Origin: Macrostomum lignano
Taxonomy: Eukaryota
NCBI GenBank assembly: GCA_002269645.1
Contig: NIVC01002556.1
Span: 1 to 64,000, forward strand
Length of the DNA: 64,000 nt
Direction: 5' to 3'
The translations under genes were made by a program, and so were the position numbers. Each line of letters opens with the position of its first letter. Position 1 is the first letter of the stretch. The notes beneath the pieces were generated by a model. That model had not been told where the DNA came from, ran no database searches, and worked only from the letters and a program-made list of their open reading frames with translations. Below, piece after piece: positions 32,731-49,699 of this stretch.

Positions 32731-33948
32731 AGTGATAAAGTCAGGGACAGTGTTGAAGAACAAAGCAATTTAGCAAGGCAACAACTTGTTCGCTTGGAAG
32801 CGTTTTCGATTTTTGCTCGCGGAGGCTTAGCAAAATACTCGGCAAGCAACACAGCTAGGCTATTCTGTGTATTTTCACGCAATGAAGGGAGCGCTGGGCA
32901 CAGTCCAATGAGCCAACCTAGGTGCGCACCTACTAATGCCTAATTTCTACATTTCTAGTACAAAAATGAATAAGCTGAGCTCCCTAAAATGCGTACCAAG
33001 TTGCTTCTTGAGAGCTGAGCCATACTGATTTGTCTACAGGGAAAATTATGGAGTCAATTTCGAAACGAGTTTCAGAACTAAATAAAGCTTCCGAACTCGA
33101 TGTCATTGAAGCCGTGGCAGCCTCGAGCAAGCGACTATTAAAAATAGAGACCCTAACCCTAGTTGCTATGCTCAGAATACACTGTTTTAGGCAGAATGAG
33201 AAAAGATGAGGGGCTAGATAATTTGAGCGAATCGGGAGCTAAGCGGTGCGGGCCAATATCGAGCCCAACATGAGGAGCGATGAGCGACGCTCTGCTGCTT
33301 GAGGCAAGAGCAAAAATCATGAAAGAACAACAGTAAAAAAAACTATTTGTATTTTGTAGACAGAAAATCTAATAGGACTCAGCCTAAGGCCGAAAAATTC
33401 AATTTAAAGAGCAGTTGGCCAACACTTGGGGGGCAAACAAGTTGCAGTCCGTTTCGTCCTGCATCATTGGTAAACATTGAACTATTCGCAAGAGCCACAC
33501 TGAGTGTTAATGAAGAGTTATACGCGTTGATGGCTTCGTACAGACGAGGTTAAATGAGGTCACACCAATGGCAAGACTGGGGCGGGAAACTATAGGAAGC
33601 TGACCGGAACAATGAGGATGCATCGAGTAGCTCAGAGCTGCGATGCTCTGTGGCTGCTGCGAGCGCCTCAGCCTGTAAAGCTAAAACTCGTGATACTGAA
33701 AGTCATTCACCAGGGCTGAAGGACAACTCGGGAAATTAATTTTACAAGGGCCAGACATTTTTATGGAGCAGAAGAGGGAAATAATATGGAGGGTGGGGGA
33801 GAAATTCAAGTAAGATTCGACTCGAAACGAAATCATCGCATTTAACATCACAGCGACATATTTCGCATGAGGAGATTCTGAATCTGTTAGGGCACTAGGG
33901 ATGGGATTCGGGAGGGTTGGTCACTTGAGCTTGAGCCCTGCCTGCAGC

Positions 33949-34996
33949 TCACAAAAAACGCGAGCAGGCGGGCCCGGTGGTGCCGCCGCCGCTGACGGTG
34001 TTGACAGCGAAGCAGTCGAAGGCGTAGTTCTCGCCGAAGTTGTTGTCCCAGAAGGTCTCTCCGCCGATGCAGTAGCGAACGCAGAGGAAGACCCGGTCGC
34101 CCACGCCGAAACTCTGCGGCAGCGGCAGTGTGAATGAAAACTGGTCCGTGGCGCCGGTGCTGGAGCCCTCGACATAGACGGCGGGCACGTCGATGCAGCT
34201 GCGCCAGCCATCGAAGGTAGCGTGAGCCATCACGGACTTCTCGAAGCCCAGGTTGGCCACGCGCACGAGGCCGTGAATGCGACCGCTGGGCTGCGTAGCG
34301 CTCGCCCGCTCCAGCACCACCCGCTGGGCCAGCACGCGCGACATGAAGCTGGCGCAGCCACCGGGCTGAGCGAAGCATGGGCTACTGAACAGGCGTCGCT
34401 CAAGAGGCTCCGGCCTGCTTCAATGCAGTTTATTAGAAAGCGAGTTATAGAAATGAAATAATTGGGAACACAGAATTCGCGGCTCACCGGAGACGGGAGA
34501 TCGCGGCAGCTGTAGCTTCGGGCAAATCAAGGTCCCGAGTAGCCTGCGGTGGGATCACCGGCGGGTTCTCGGTATCGAAAACGTGCTTCACGTAAGCCAG
34601 GTCGAGCCCGAACGCATCGGCAAAGCGGACGACCTTCTTCATCTGGTTCGGCGTGCCCGGCGGCGTCTTCTGGGACTTCATGGAAGAGGAGCGACGCTGC
34701 TGCTGCAGCTGCTTGCTAGCACCGACCGGCTTCTGGCGTTGAGTCTGAATGGCCAGCGGCTGCGGTGGGGGAAGCTTCTCGTAGCGCAGCTCCTGCAGCG
34801 CCAGACTCAGACTGTCCAGCTTCTGTGCCTCATCGCTCGGCGCGTCCTCGCTGGCAAAGCTGAGCGTCTCCGAGGAGGCCACGAGGCTGTCCTGCGATGT
34901 GGCGTAGCCCTCGCTGCTGGAGCCGCAGTCTCCAGCCGGGCAGCCGCTGCTGTCCCTGGCCTGCGGCAGCGCGGGCTCCGAAATGCCCTCGTCCAT
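33949..34996 (-). CDS. PPP1R3: PP1 glycogen-targeting regulatory subunit (PPP1R3 family, CBM21); exons 34996-34488 and 34414-33949
   Basis: KKVVRFADAFGLDL (RVxF); FAQPGG; GLVRVANLGFEKSV...TFDGW...TDQFSF...WDNNFGENY. The 73-bp GT-AG intron is in phase. An extra 5' exon cannot be excluded. Confidence 0.92.
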
Positions 34997-37149
34997 GCCA
35001 ACCTGGGTTCTCACCGGGGTGCCGGCAGGGCCGGGGTGGCAGTCCGAAGGCGAGTCCAGCGCATCCGGGCTCGCTCAGCTGAGGTGACAGTTTATAAAAG
35101 CATTGGCATTTGAGTCTTTGGAGTGCGCAAGTGGAGTTCACTCCACAAGTACCCCATTTAGCTGATCGAAAGCTCAGTCAGTTTTTGTTCCGTTCGTGTC
35201 GGACTGGTCACTCAAACTGCTATTAATTCTGATGAAATAACAAAAAACGGTTGCTGATTCTTAGGCCCAGTATTAATGCATTACAAATCTTAAAGCTTAC
35301 AAATAAAAAGATTGAAGCTGAAAATTCGAAAAACAGAATCGATTACCTTGAGCCTTCAGCTCACTTCGCGGTCAAGAAGCTTGTAACTTTCCTCGCCTTC
35401 CTCTCGGTCAAAGAGCCAAACCGGTTCCGCAAACTTCCCTGGCTCGCGGCAGACTGAGGAAGGGAAGAACTGAATGCAAGGCTATGGGGCAGGCCGTGTG
35501 CGGTCTTAAATGAAGGGCGGGTGGGTAACAAGAGAGGAATGAGCGAGTGTGTTCATTCCAGAGTGTACAGCGGGTTGTGCGTACACTGATCACGAAATGT
35601 GCGGCCGCCCAGCTGCTATTGGCTGGCGCCAAGGTCGCATAAGAGCTTTCCTCTGTCAGCCTGTACACTCGGATTCAAACTTCATCTGCTTGATCCCCAG
35701 GCTTTTCTGGTTAGTGGGTTTAACATATTGTATTGTAATCATGCAATGCATTGCACAAGCCTGCCATTCATGTCTGTCTTTTGTTAGTCACAGGCCTCGC
35801 TACAAAGCTTATACATAGCATTGGTACGATCTACGCAATCGTTTTGGGCTTGGCCAGCGCTGTGTTACATAATTGCTGGCGAAGCTAAAATCTGAATATG
35901 TGGCTCACCTTTGCCAGCCTGACCTCCATACTATATTACTATTACCACTGCCTTCACTCGTGAGTCGTGACAGAGTATTCCAAATGCGCAGATTTTTCGA
36001 GCAAAGTTAGTAGCACTCCCACATTTTGTTAACATCCATTGAAATTAGAAATTTGACCAAAATTTACGAGTATTTGCTTCTTTCCGCACACTCGAGACGG
36101 TTCATTCTTTTCTGTTAACTTAATCATATTCATAGAATATATACTCAGATAACTCAGCAACATTGAAAACCGCCAACCCAACCCAGATACCCATGGGTTA
36201 AGAATTACAGTATTCTGCGGCCTGTTTTGCAAATAATCAGGTCAGAAAGATTATTTAGTAAGATAGTGAGAGAGTTGCGTGACTTTTTGGCAACTTGTGA
36301 CCACAAGCGTATCGCAAGTTGAAGCGGGGGTCGGGGCTGAGGGGTTGGGATTGGAGGAGTCGGGAAGCCATCCGCGGGCAGTGAAGGCACAGTTCCAGCT
36401 TCTGCTTGGGTCCCAGTTAACGGTTTACAAAGTGCAAGCTCGTCTCAACAGCTCGATACAATCCCCCTTACTTTTCTACTCCTCTCTGCTCCTCTTCCTT
36501 CCCTTCCCTTTCCAGGGCTGCTCACTATCAGTACTTCAAGGCTTTCGAAGCACTGTTCAAGCATACTCGTAGAAATGTACTAGCTTACATGTACACTCGT
36601 ATGGAATTGAAGACTTTTTTGGACTTTAACATAACCGGGCCGAGTTGAAAATACGCGTATAGGATTATAGGAGTATAGGAATTCCCATTGAATTCCATTC
36701 CCGCAGTGCTTTTTCTGTTTAAAGCTGAGCAACGACTAATTTTGAGTTCAAATTAGTATATGGACTTGGAAATTAAACTAATTGCATCATTATTGCAGTT
36801 ATTTTACTTCTATTAAAATAAATTCTTTCTTGGTGAATGAGTCCACTCTTCCAGTGGAAGATTCAATACGCATGTTATGTTAGGATGAATCTCATCGAGT
36901 ATTAGATTCACGCTGCACTCTGCGATCGGCAGTTCCTTACTTTGCAGGTGAATGTACCGCTCGTCAGACACCAGGGTCCACAGAAAGAGGACTAGAGATC
37001 GAAATCAACCTTCTAATTGAGGGCAGTGTCAGCACTCCTTGGTTCAATAGCGCCTGAAAGCAGGATGCAACACTGACAGCATCATGGCAAACTCTGGCTG
37101 TTTTGAACACGTCAGCTTCACTCATTCTCATAGCAGAGAACAGTCTCAG

Positions 37150-37230
37150 TATCACTCGGACAGTCTCAGTCTCAGCCTCACTCGGACAGTCTCAGTCTCA
37201 GCCTCACTCGGACAGTCTCAGTCTCAGCCG
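37150..37230 (+). repeat. 26-bp tandem repeat, about 3 copies
   Basis: TCACTCGGACAGTCTCAGTCTCAGCC. Confidence 0.8.
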
Positions 37231-37432
37231 ACATCTCAGTCGCCAATCCAGCCGCTGGCCTCGACCTTGTCACTCTCGTCATCAGCCTGGGAGCCTGCGA
37301 TTTGAATGCGGAGTTTCTCCGTGTTGGCCTGCGCCATGGATTCTCCATCGTCAACAAGCCAGCTCAATCAGTCTCTGAAGCGCTAGCTGAGAAAGGAATT
37401 AGCACTAGCTGAGGAAATTGTTGCACTAGCTA

Positions 37433-37695
37433 CTTGCTATCTGGGGGATGCTTGCTATCTGGGGGATGCTTGCTATCTGGTGGATGCTTGCTATCTGGTG
37501 GATGCCTGCTTATCTGGGGGATGCTTGCTATAGAGGGGGGATGCTTGCTATCGAGGGGGGATGCTTGCTATCTGGGGGATGCTTGCTATCAAGGGGATGC
37601 TTGCTATCAGGGGGATGCTTGCTATCAGGGGGATGCTTGCTATCAGGGGATGCTTGCTGTCTGGGGTGCTTGCTATTTGGGGGGTGCTTACTAGG
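37433..37695 (+). repeat. 18-19-bp G-rich minisatellite
   Basis: GGGGGATGCTTGCTATCT and variants. Confidence 0.9.
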
Positions 37696-38710
37696 GGAAT
37701 TGCTGAGATGTCAAGGCTTACTGGGGAATTACTGAGATTTCAGTGCTCACGAGGGAGTCGCTGAGATGTCGAGGCTTACGGGGGATTGCTAAAAAAGACA
37801 GGTGCACTCGGCATTTCGTGGCTGATGCCGGCGCCCCGGACACTGCAGGCAGTGCCGCCTACATCCGCGCCCAGGCTCTGAAACGCGCCCTGTGAATGTC
37901 GTTGCCTCTCTTGACTCAGCCGACCCTCTTGAACCCCTGGATCCGCCAGTAGTTGCCTTGTACTTTTATAATCTGTATTTTGTAGAGCCATTTTTAAAAT
38001 GTGAAGAAATAAAAAATGACCGGTTTGAATTGCATCCCACTGTCTATTGCAGCCACTTCTAGACCATGCAGATGCCCGGTTCCAACACACAGAAAAGTAT
38101 TGCAAAGGCACCATGCATGGCTTATGCCAGTAGCGCCAACGGTCCGTGGGTGCCTCTGCAAATGCGTGTCTCTCTCAGTAATAGATAGTCTCGCACATGA
38201 TAGCATTCTCAGTGCCCTAGAAAATATTTTCCTTTCTATCGATCGTAGAGGCAGGGGGGCAAACGGCAACTTAAACCGAGGGACTCTGTGACATCCGCCA
38301 GCTTTTCGTTTTTCGAGGAGGCTCTTCCCCCTCCTTTTCGTTCTGGCCTGGCGTGGAAGCGGCTAGCTCCCTCGTCTTGGTCTGCTGGTGGGGGACGGAT
38401 CCCCCCTGCTGCTTTTTTGCGGGGCAGGTGGCTGCTAAGTAGTTGGCTGCTGGCTAAGCGCCAACTACCCATCGACAGCCCTTAGTTGCAACTGGTACCA
38501 CACGGGTTCTCGAGGGCCGCTCTTGTGGGGAGGGCTCGGGCGTCGGCTGTCAACTCGACCTGGCGCCTGTGTCCCAAGCCCGCAGCCGGCCTCCCGCCCC
38601 CTGATCTTGCAGAGTGTGGACCGGGGGCCCGCCGGAGCCTCGCCTGGGAGCAATCCTGGGATAAGACGGCAACCCAAAGCTTCTCTGCTGTTTACCGTGG
38701 CAGAGGGTAG

Positions 38711-43540
<4,830 letters not shown>

Positions 43541-43860
43541 TCCTTGTGCTCTTTTACCTTGGGGTTGCGATAGGGGCCTCGCGGCCTATTCGCGGCGCCT
43601 GCGCCCCCCGTCAGTAGTAAGTAAGTAGATCGTAGAGGCATCTCTCGCGCAAAACAGAAAAACAAAAGCCTGAGCAGCATGTCTATGGCCAATCCTACCG
43701 ATTTCCCACGCGAAAATTCAGTCTCTCGCCTCCTAACAGTAAGTGGAAAGAGCAAAGCATAAGAACTTTCAATTACTGAAGCTTAGAGAACTCAATCATC
43801 TCATTCTCTGCTTTAGTGTGGCTTTGATCACTGGGTCTCGTTTTTCACTCGCCTTTGAAG

Positions 43861-44984
43861 ATGTTGACGCTTCTGTATCTGCTGCTTGGAGTTCTGCTTG
43901 GTGAGTAAATGATGCAGATACGAACTCGATTTCTATTGCAATATTTGAAGCGAAATTTATATAAATATATTTGCCAACCCACAGCCGCGACTCAGACTGC
44001 TGAAGCCCTCACGTGCTACACAGGCAACCACTCGACTATCGGTGTTGACTTTCCTGCAGAGGCCCACACATGCCAGGCAGTTGGAAACGCTTGCGTTGAG
44101 AAGCGCAGGATAAATTGGGAAACAAATCCAGGATTTTTCGTGAGTCGCGCTGCATGAATTTATTTCAGAGTTAAAATTCAAGAGACTACAGCTGAATCAC
44201 CATAATTTATGCTTATACTCGTAGGAGATGTACTTCGGCTGTGGCAAGTGCGGAAAATTCGATAAAAACAGCGTTGAGTGCCGCGAGTGCTTTAAGGACC
44301 ACTGCAACGTCGAGTATGGCAACGAGCTCAAGTCAAACGTTACGAAGTATCTGCTATGCTACAACTCCCTCAATACTACAATCGGCCCGCTTCCTGTGCC
44401 TGTCTTGTGCCCGAAAGATATGCCATGCATCTCCAGCCCCAACCCGACCGATGCAGAGGTGAGACTGAGATGGTTCATAGAAAAGGGATCATAGAAATGA
44501 GTTGGGGTTTATCGAAGAGTACTTTTTTGAAAATTGTACTTGGCAGTAGCAATAATTCAGAGATTCCTTTCCCCTCGTTTATTTTCTCCTTTCAAGTTTT
44601 TCAAGCTTTTTTCACGATATTCATCCAGTATTCTACTACAGAACTCCGCGCACTCTACTTTAGCACTTCCTGGTCGGGTGCCAACTGCACTGTGACAAAC
44701 TGAACTGGCAGAACTGCAAAACATGTGACACCGATCTGTGCAACCTTAAAGACAACTCCAACAGCCCGCCTCTGCCGCCGGTAAAGATTGAATTGCCGCC
44801 GTCGCCTGCGCCACCCCCGCCGTCTCTGGACTCGTTCACCCCATCAAGTAAAGAGAAAGAATCGGCGTCCTCCACGGCAGATCAGACAGCCAGGCCATTC
44901 GCGCTGTCAATCGCCTTTGCTGCAGTGGCTGTGGTGGCCCTGGTTTGCCGTCTGGTCTCTCCGACCAATGCTCTGGGCGTCTGA
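43861..44984 (+). CDS. Secreted/GPI-type protein with two 8-Cys three-finger (Ly6/uPAR-like) domains; exons 43861-43900, 43985-44139, 44225-44458, 44664-44984; 249 aa
   Basis: Signal peptide MLTLLYLLLGVLL; two domains, each starting LxCY and ending C..C..DxCN; Pro-rich stalk; hydrophobic C-terminus. All introns are GT-AG and in phase. Confidence 0.8.
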
Positions 44985-46442
44985 GTTGATCAAGCAACGA
45001 CTGCTTCGCTTCGACTGTTGGCAATGATAGTCTCTGACTGACTCAGCCCACTGCGAACACATTGAACTGCTTTATTTGAACTGCTTTATTTCTCAGATCA
45101 GTCATAGTTAGCTTTTATTTGAAAACACATCTCTGAACCACGAAGCAGTTTTCTCAGCTAATGCAACAAAACAGCGAGAGCTTTTTGTAAGCAATTATTA
45201 TTTTTTAACCGCGGGATTGCTTTTGCAGCGATTAAATAAACCTGATGGAATAAGAAAGATAAATACGAAACAAAGTGTAGAAACAACAAGGACTTGTGTC
45301 AGTATCGGCGTTTTTTGGTTTAAATTCAGCAACCTGTTTATTTAAAAATTCTTTAAGCCACAGTAATTTTTCTGTCCAAATCAAAGTCTATATGCACTTG
45401 AGCTTCGGAGCTTCGGAGCGTCAAGCGGAAGGTAGACATAGCTCGTATGATGGGATTTACGGCGAATTCTCGTGCCTCATTGAGTCATTGGGGACAGAGA
45501 TCTTCGGCACCTTTTTCATTTTTCTTGTACTACTAGCAAAATAGTTGCGATGAGTAGCATACATAGGTTTGTAATTTTCTTGTGAGTGACGTTAGCCCAC
45601 GCAAATCGGCCTACAGTGCATGAATTTTTTATGTAGATCTTGGGCCACAGTCCATAAGCTTCCGTCTAGGTCCTACGCAAAAGCCCACGCAGTTCTGTGC
45701 TATAGATCTGGCCGGCATGATTGCAAATTTTCTGGCAGGGGTTGAAAATGCTCATTTTCTATTGGCTTCAATGTAGGTGAATGCCAGAGCTCTGGCTTTG
45801 CTAACTAGATTCCTTCCTAGCCTGAGAATGAACCGAGACAGCTAGAAGCATCATGGTCTTGCAAAGTCTGACCGTTCAGCTTCGTGATCATCACGCCACT
45901 ATTCTTTGAATGTGTAGCGGCCTCTGTCATTGAGCGAGAATGGGAGGGCGACAGCTAGGCTGATAATGAGGTGAAGCAGTCTATTGAATGAGGCAATTTG
46001 TTGTACTCAGAGATTGTGTAGTTGAGGGGCAGAGGAAAGAACTCAGAGAGAGAGAGTGCGGAGGGAGCGGGCGGTCTGAATTGGTCGCTGCATGAGGAGG
46101 GGCGGAGTCCGGAGCAGAACCACGCATTGCGGTCTGGTTGCTAAGGTGAGAGAGGTAGAGGTAAGAGATATGGAGGCAGAATGCGCGATGCGAGAGAGAA
46201 ACTCCAAAAACTAAAGCATGGGCCGTCTACCAATCCCGTCAAAACAGAGAAAGTGGACAGCAATTGAGAGAGACAGTACAGTGTGCTGGCTTCATAGTGA
46301 GCGAGACTGAGAATCTGGTGTTTCTGGTGCAAGGGCCGGCAGAAACAGGCAAACACTGGCGAGTCAAGCTGACCTGTGCAGAAGCGGAATAATTAAAATT
46401 AATGCCCCGCTAATGCAGGGCTAAGCGTTGACTCACTTTTCA

Positions 46443-48869
46443 ATGCTGCCAACTCGGCCTCAAACCTGCAGTGCAGCGGCCCGACCGCCAATCCGCCGGC
46501 TGCCCTTGTCCCCATCTTCATCGCAGGTATCGCTGGCCCAGCCTCATCGGACTACATCGATTCCTGCAGCAACTGATGAAGACTGTAGCAGTGTCGGCGG
46601 CGATGGCAAATCCAGTGTTGGCAGCAGTCACCAGCGGCGGAGAAAGAGAATTTCTATTAACCTGAGTGCCTGCAAGTTCGCTGCAGTGCAATTGGCGGCT
46701 GAGCGAGCCGGGTCTGTGCGCTGCCACGATGACGACTTCTCTTCAGCAATGCTGGTGTGGAGCGACGCACCTGTGCCTGTGGACCGCATCTCGGAGCTGA
46801 AGGGATACCAGCGGGTGAACCACTTCCCAGGCATGGGGGAGATCAGTCGAAAGGACAGTTTAGGCCGAAATATGGCTCGGGCTGCGCGGCTGCAACCGCT
46901 GGAGTTCAACTTTGTGCCGCAGACTTGGTGTCTGCCACAGGAGAGTGCACAGTTCCAGCAGTTCCTAAGAGACTCCAAGTCGGCTGGGAAGCGGCCAGTG
47001 TTTATCAGCAAGCCGGCGAACGGGGCCATGGGCCACGGTATTCGTGTCTACAGGAGTGGTGAGCAGGTACCGGTCACTCCCGAAAGCAGTTCCATAGTTC
47101 AGCGCTATTTAGACAAGCCCTTCCTAGTAGATGGCTTTAAATGTGACCTTCGCATCTACGTCCTGGTGACTTCGTGCGATCCGCTGCGTATATTCTTTTA
47201 CAATGACGGCCTCTTGCGACTCAGCACAGAAAAGTATGAGGATCCTCGCGGGACTGCAACTGACCGGCCGTGCATGCACCTGACCAACTATTCGATCAAC
47301 AAGCGCAGCGGCCAATACGAGAAAGGCGCAGACGATAGCACAGGAAGTAAAAGATCCATCCGATTTCTTAATGAATACTTGCAGCAACGGGACCATGATG
47401 TGGCGAAGCTGTGGCGAAGCATCATTGACCTTATCATCAAAACAGTGCTGGTGGCGTACCCTCAGGTGCTACTGCAGTACCGTCTGTGCCGACCTGGTGC
47501 ACCCCCCGGAGCCAGGTCCGTCTGCTTCGAAATTCTCGGCTTTGACATCATGCTGGATCACAAGCTGAAGCCCTGGTTGTTGGAAGTCAATCGATCGCCC
47601 AGTTTTGGCATTGATGAGCCGATCGACAGGAAAGTAAAGCTAGGAATGTTAGAGGAGGCGCTGAGCTTATTGAACATCCGGCTATCAGACCGGCGGCGCA
47701 ACCAAGCTGTTCAGAAGGCGGAGGCCCAGAGGAGATTGCTGCAGTGCGGTAGCGCCGCGACACCAGAGTCAGCTCATCGACGCCAGCTGATAAGGCGTCG
47801 AGCAGACTTGAGTGCTCAACTGCAGCGGCTTCGCAGGGAGGCTCAGGCAGAAGACCGCGAGTCGCGGACCTGCCATCGATTCCGCCGCGTTTTTCCTTGC
47901 GATGACCGGATGCGACAAGAGAGCTACACTCGACTATTGATGCAGTTGTTTGTCTCGGCAATGGAGGGCCGAGCTCCGACTCTGCTTAAAGAACTGGAAA
48001 GTAGATACAATTCAGCTAGTCCGGGTGTTGACGAACTTGCAGAAATGCTAGCCGAGCTGAATGGAGCTCCGGTTGACGATCCGAGTGCCAGTTCTGAGTC
48101 CGAGTCGGAAGACTCTATCTTTTCTACCAGTTGCGACAATGACACCAGTGAGACGAAACCCCTGGATCGACAAATGAGGCGACCTCCTACCTCGCGGACG
48201 GTGTCAACTTTTGGTTCGAGAAGCTTTCAGTCTCGCCCTTCTACTTCCCGTTTCCCGAATGTGCGTCTTTCAAGTCGAAGCAAAGGCCAGTCTACCGCCA
48301 CATCCGATTTGAGGCAAAGCAATGCTTCCCAACAGCAACTTACGGCTGTGCTAGAGACGCAGTCAGAGCAGAAATCTGCTGCTACCTCCTCAGATGAAAC
48401 AGCCCGGCAACTGTTGAAGCAAATAACCGAGGTCAGCATCCAATTTCCTGGAAAGTCACCAGCAGAGGCTGCTGAAATACTGCAGCAGATTCGGCAGAAC
48501 TGGAAGTTCTACCGGCCGAAGCTAGCTGCTTTCTGGCTGGCGAAGTTGGACTCAGCTAAGCGCCGGCAGATTCTGGGCATCGTCAAGCAAACCGTTGCCA
48601 CTGCCGTTCAGCGGTCAGCTGCCGGCTCTCACACGTCGCTATTGAATCGCCTGTTCAGTCGGATGCTGGCTGCCAACGGGCAGGGCTTGTGGAACACTTT
48701 CAGCACCACCGGTGCTGGCTGGGAGGTTGCACTCACGCAGAGCCAGACTGAGCTTCTCTGCTGCAGGCGCGTAGTGCGACTCTGCCAGGACTGCTTGATT
48801 ACCACATTTCTCTGCTCCGATCATGAGACAATAGAGATCGGGCGGCGGTCCCGTATGCAGCTGTTGTGA
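46443..48869 (+). CDS. TTLL7: Tubulin polyglutamylase TTLL7-like, single exon (808 aa from the first ATG)
   Basis: VNHFPGMGEISRKD, KPANGAMGHGI, KCDLRIYVLVTSCDPL, HLTNYSINK, FEILGFDIMLD, LLEVNRSPSF, and the TTLL7-type DRRRN...AEAQRRL tail. Confidence 0.9.
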   Translation: MLPTRPQTCSAAARPPIRRLPLSPSSSQVSLAQPHRTTSIPAATDEDCSSVGGDGKSSVGSSHQRRRKRISINLSACKFAAVQLAAERAGSVRCHDDDFSSAMLVWSDAPVPVDRISELKGYQRVNHFPGMGEISRKDSLGRNMARAARLQPLEFNFVPQTWCLPQESAQFQQFLRDSKSAGKRPVFISKPANGAMGHGIRVYRSGEQVPVTPESSSIVQRYLDKPFLVDGFKCDLRIYVLVTSCDPLRIFFYNDGLLRLSTEKYEDPRGTATDRPCMHLTNYSINKRSGQYEKGADDSTGSKRSIRFLNEYLQQRDHDVAKLWRSIIDLIIKTVLVAYPQVLLQYRLCRPGAPPGARSVCFEILGFDIMLDHKLKPWLLEVNRSPSFGIDEPIDRKVKLGMLEEALSLLNIRLSDRRRNQAVQKAEAQRRLLQCGSAATPESAHRRQLIRRRADLSAQLQRLRREAQAEDRESRTCHRFRRVFPCDDRMRQESYTRLLMQLFVSAMEGRAPTLLKELESRYNSASPGVDELAEMLAELNGAPVDDPSASSESESEDSIFSTSCDNDTSETKPLDRQMRRPPTSRTVSTFGSRSFQSRPSTSRFPNVRLSSRSKGQSTATSDLRQSNASQQQLTAVLETQSEQKSAATSSDETARQLLKQITEVSIQFPGKSPAEAAEILQQIRQNWKFYRPKLAAFWLAKLDSAKRRQILGIVKQTVATAVQRSAAGSHTSLLNRLFSRMLAANGQGLWNTFSTTGAGWEVALTQSQTELLCCRRVVRLCQDCLITTFLCSDHETIEIGRRSRMQLL

Positions 48870-49699
48870 CCGACAGCAATCAGGTTTCTTCAAATTGTTT
48901 CAGTTCAGATTCTGTGATTCCCCTGAGTTACATGTACGTGTAGCTCTGCCGCGCACAAGTAGCTTTTATTTATTAATTTATTCACTATATTTAAACTGAC
49001 ACGGATCTTTTAACAGCTGTTCATTTACGCTAGCAATTCCACTGTATTATGTGCTCTTTGGAGTGTTTGCAGTTGCAGGCTTGTAGTTTTTTACTTGTAA
49101 ATAATCTGGCTTTTTTATGACTGGCTTATTTAAAAAAGCGAAAGCTGCATCTTCCGGCTCTATTAATTCAGTCCTGTGCGTTATCTAAAATAAATTTTCA
49201 ACAAATAAATAATCAGAGAAAAATTTACATGCATATGAATATTCTGCTTGTTGAACTCATAATAAGCTTCGTGATTATTTCTTCTTTTTATTCGCAAATA
49301 TTCGCTAGACAGTAGAGCCGGAATTCATTAGAAACGGGCTCCTTGTGTCCTCCCTGCAACTGAACAGATCACCCAGGTCCTTTCAGCATCTCAAGGAATT
49401 AGGCTCAGGAGGGCTTCCAGCACCCCAAGGAAGGCTCAGGGGGCTTCCAGCGTCTCAAGGAGCTGCTGTGCGTGCAGACTGGCTCCCACTATCTAGATGA
49501 AGGGCTTAGTCCTTGGCACGAATTCAGCGCGGTGTGTCGCGCCACAGAAAAAGTGGCAATGGCATAAGGCATGGCCAGCCAGGCCAACCTCCCCTCCCCC
49601 CCCCCCAATTAAAATTCCTGGCTACGCCACTGAGAATGAGGAGATTCATAGAATATACAAATCTTTGTATTTTACTATTTTTATTTTTGAATTAGAATT

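Noticed and set aside
31840-32882. 307-aa and 323-aa minus-strand ORFs
   Set aside because: Translations of the 19/20-bp minisatellite.
49606-49632. hAT-like terminus (reverse complement CAGTGGCGTAGCCAGG)
   Set aside because: No partner TIR or TSD found, so no element could be delimited.
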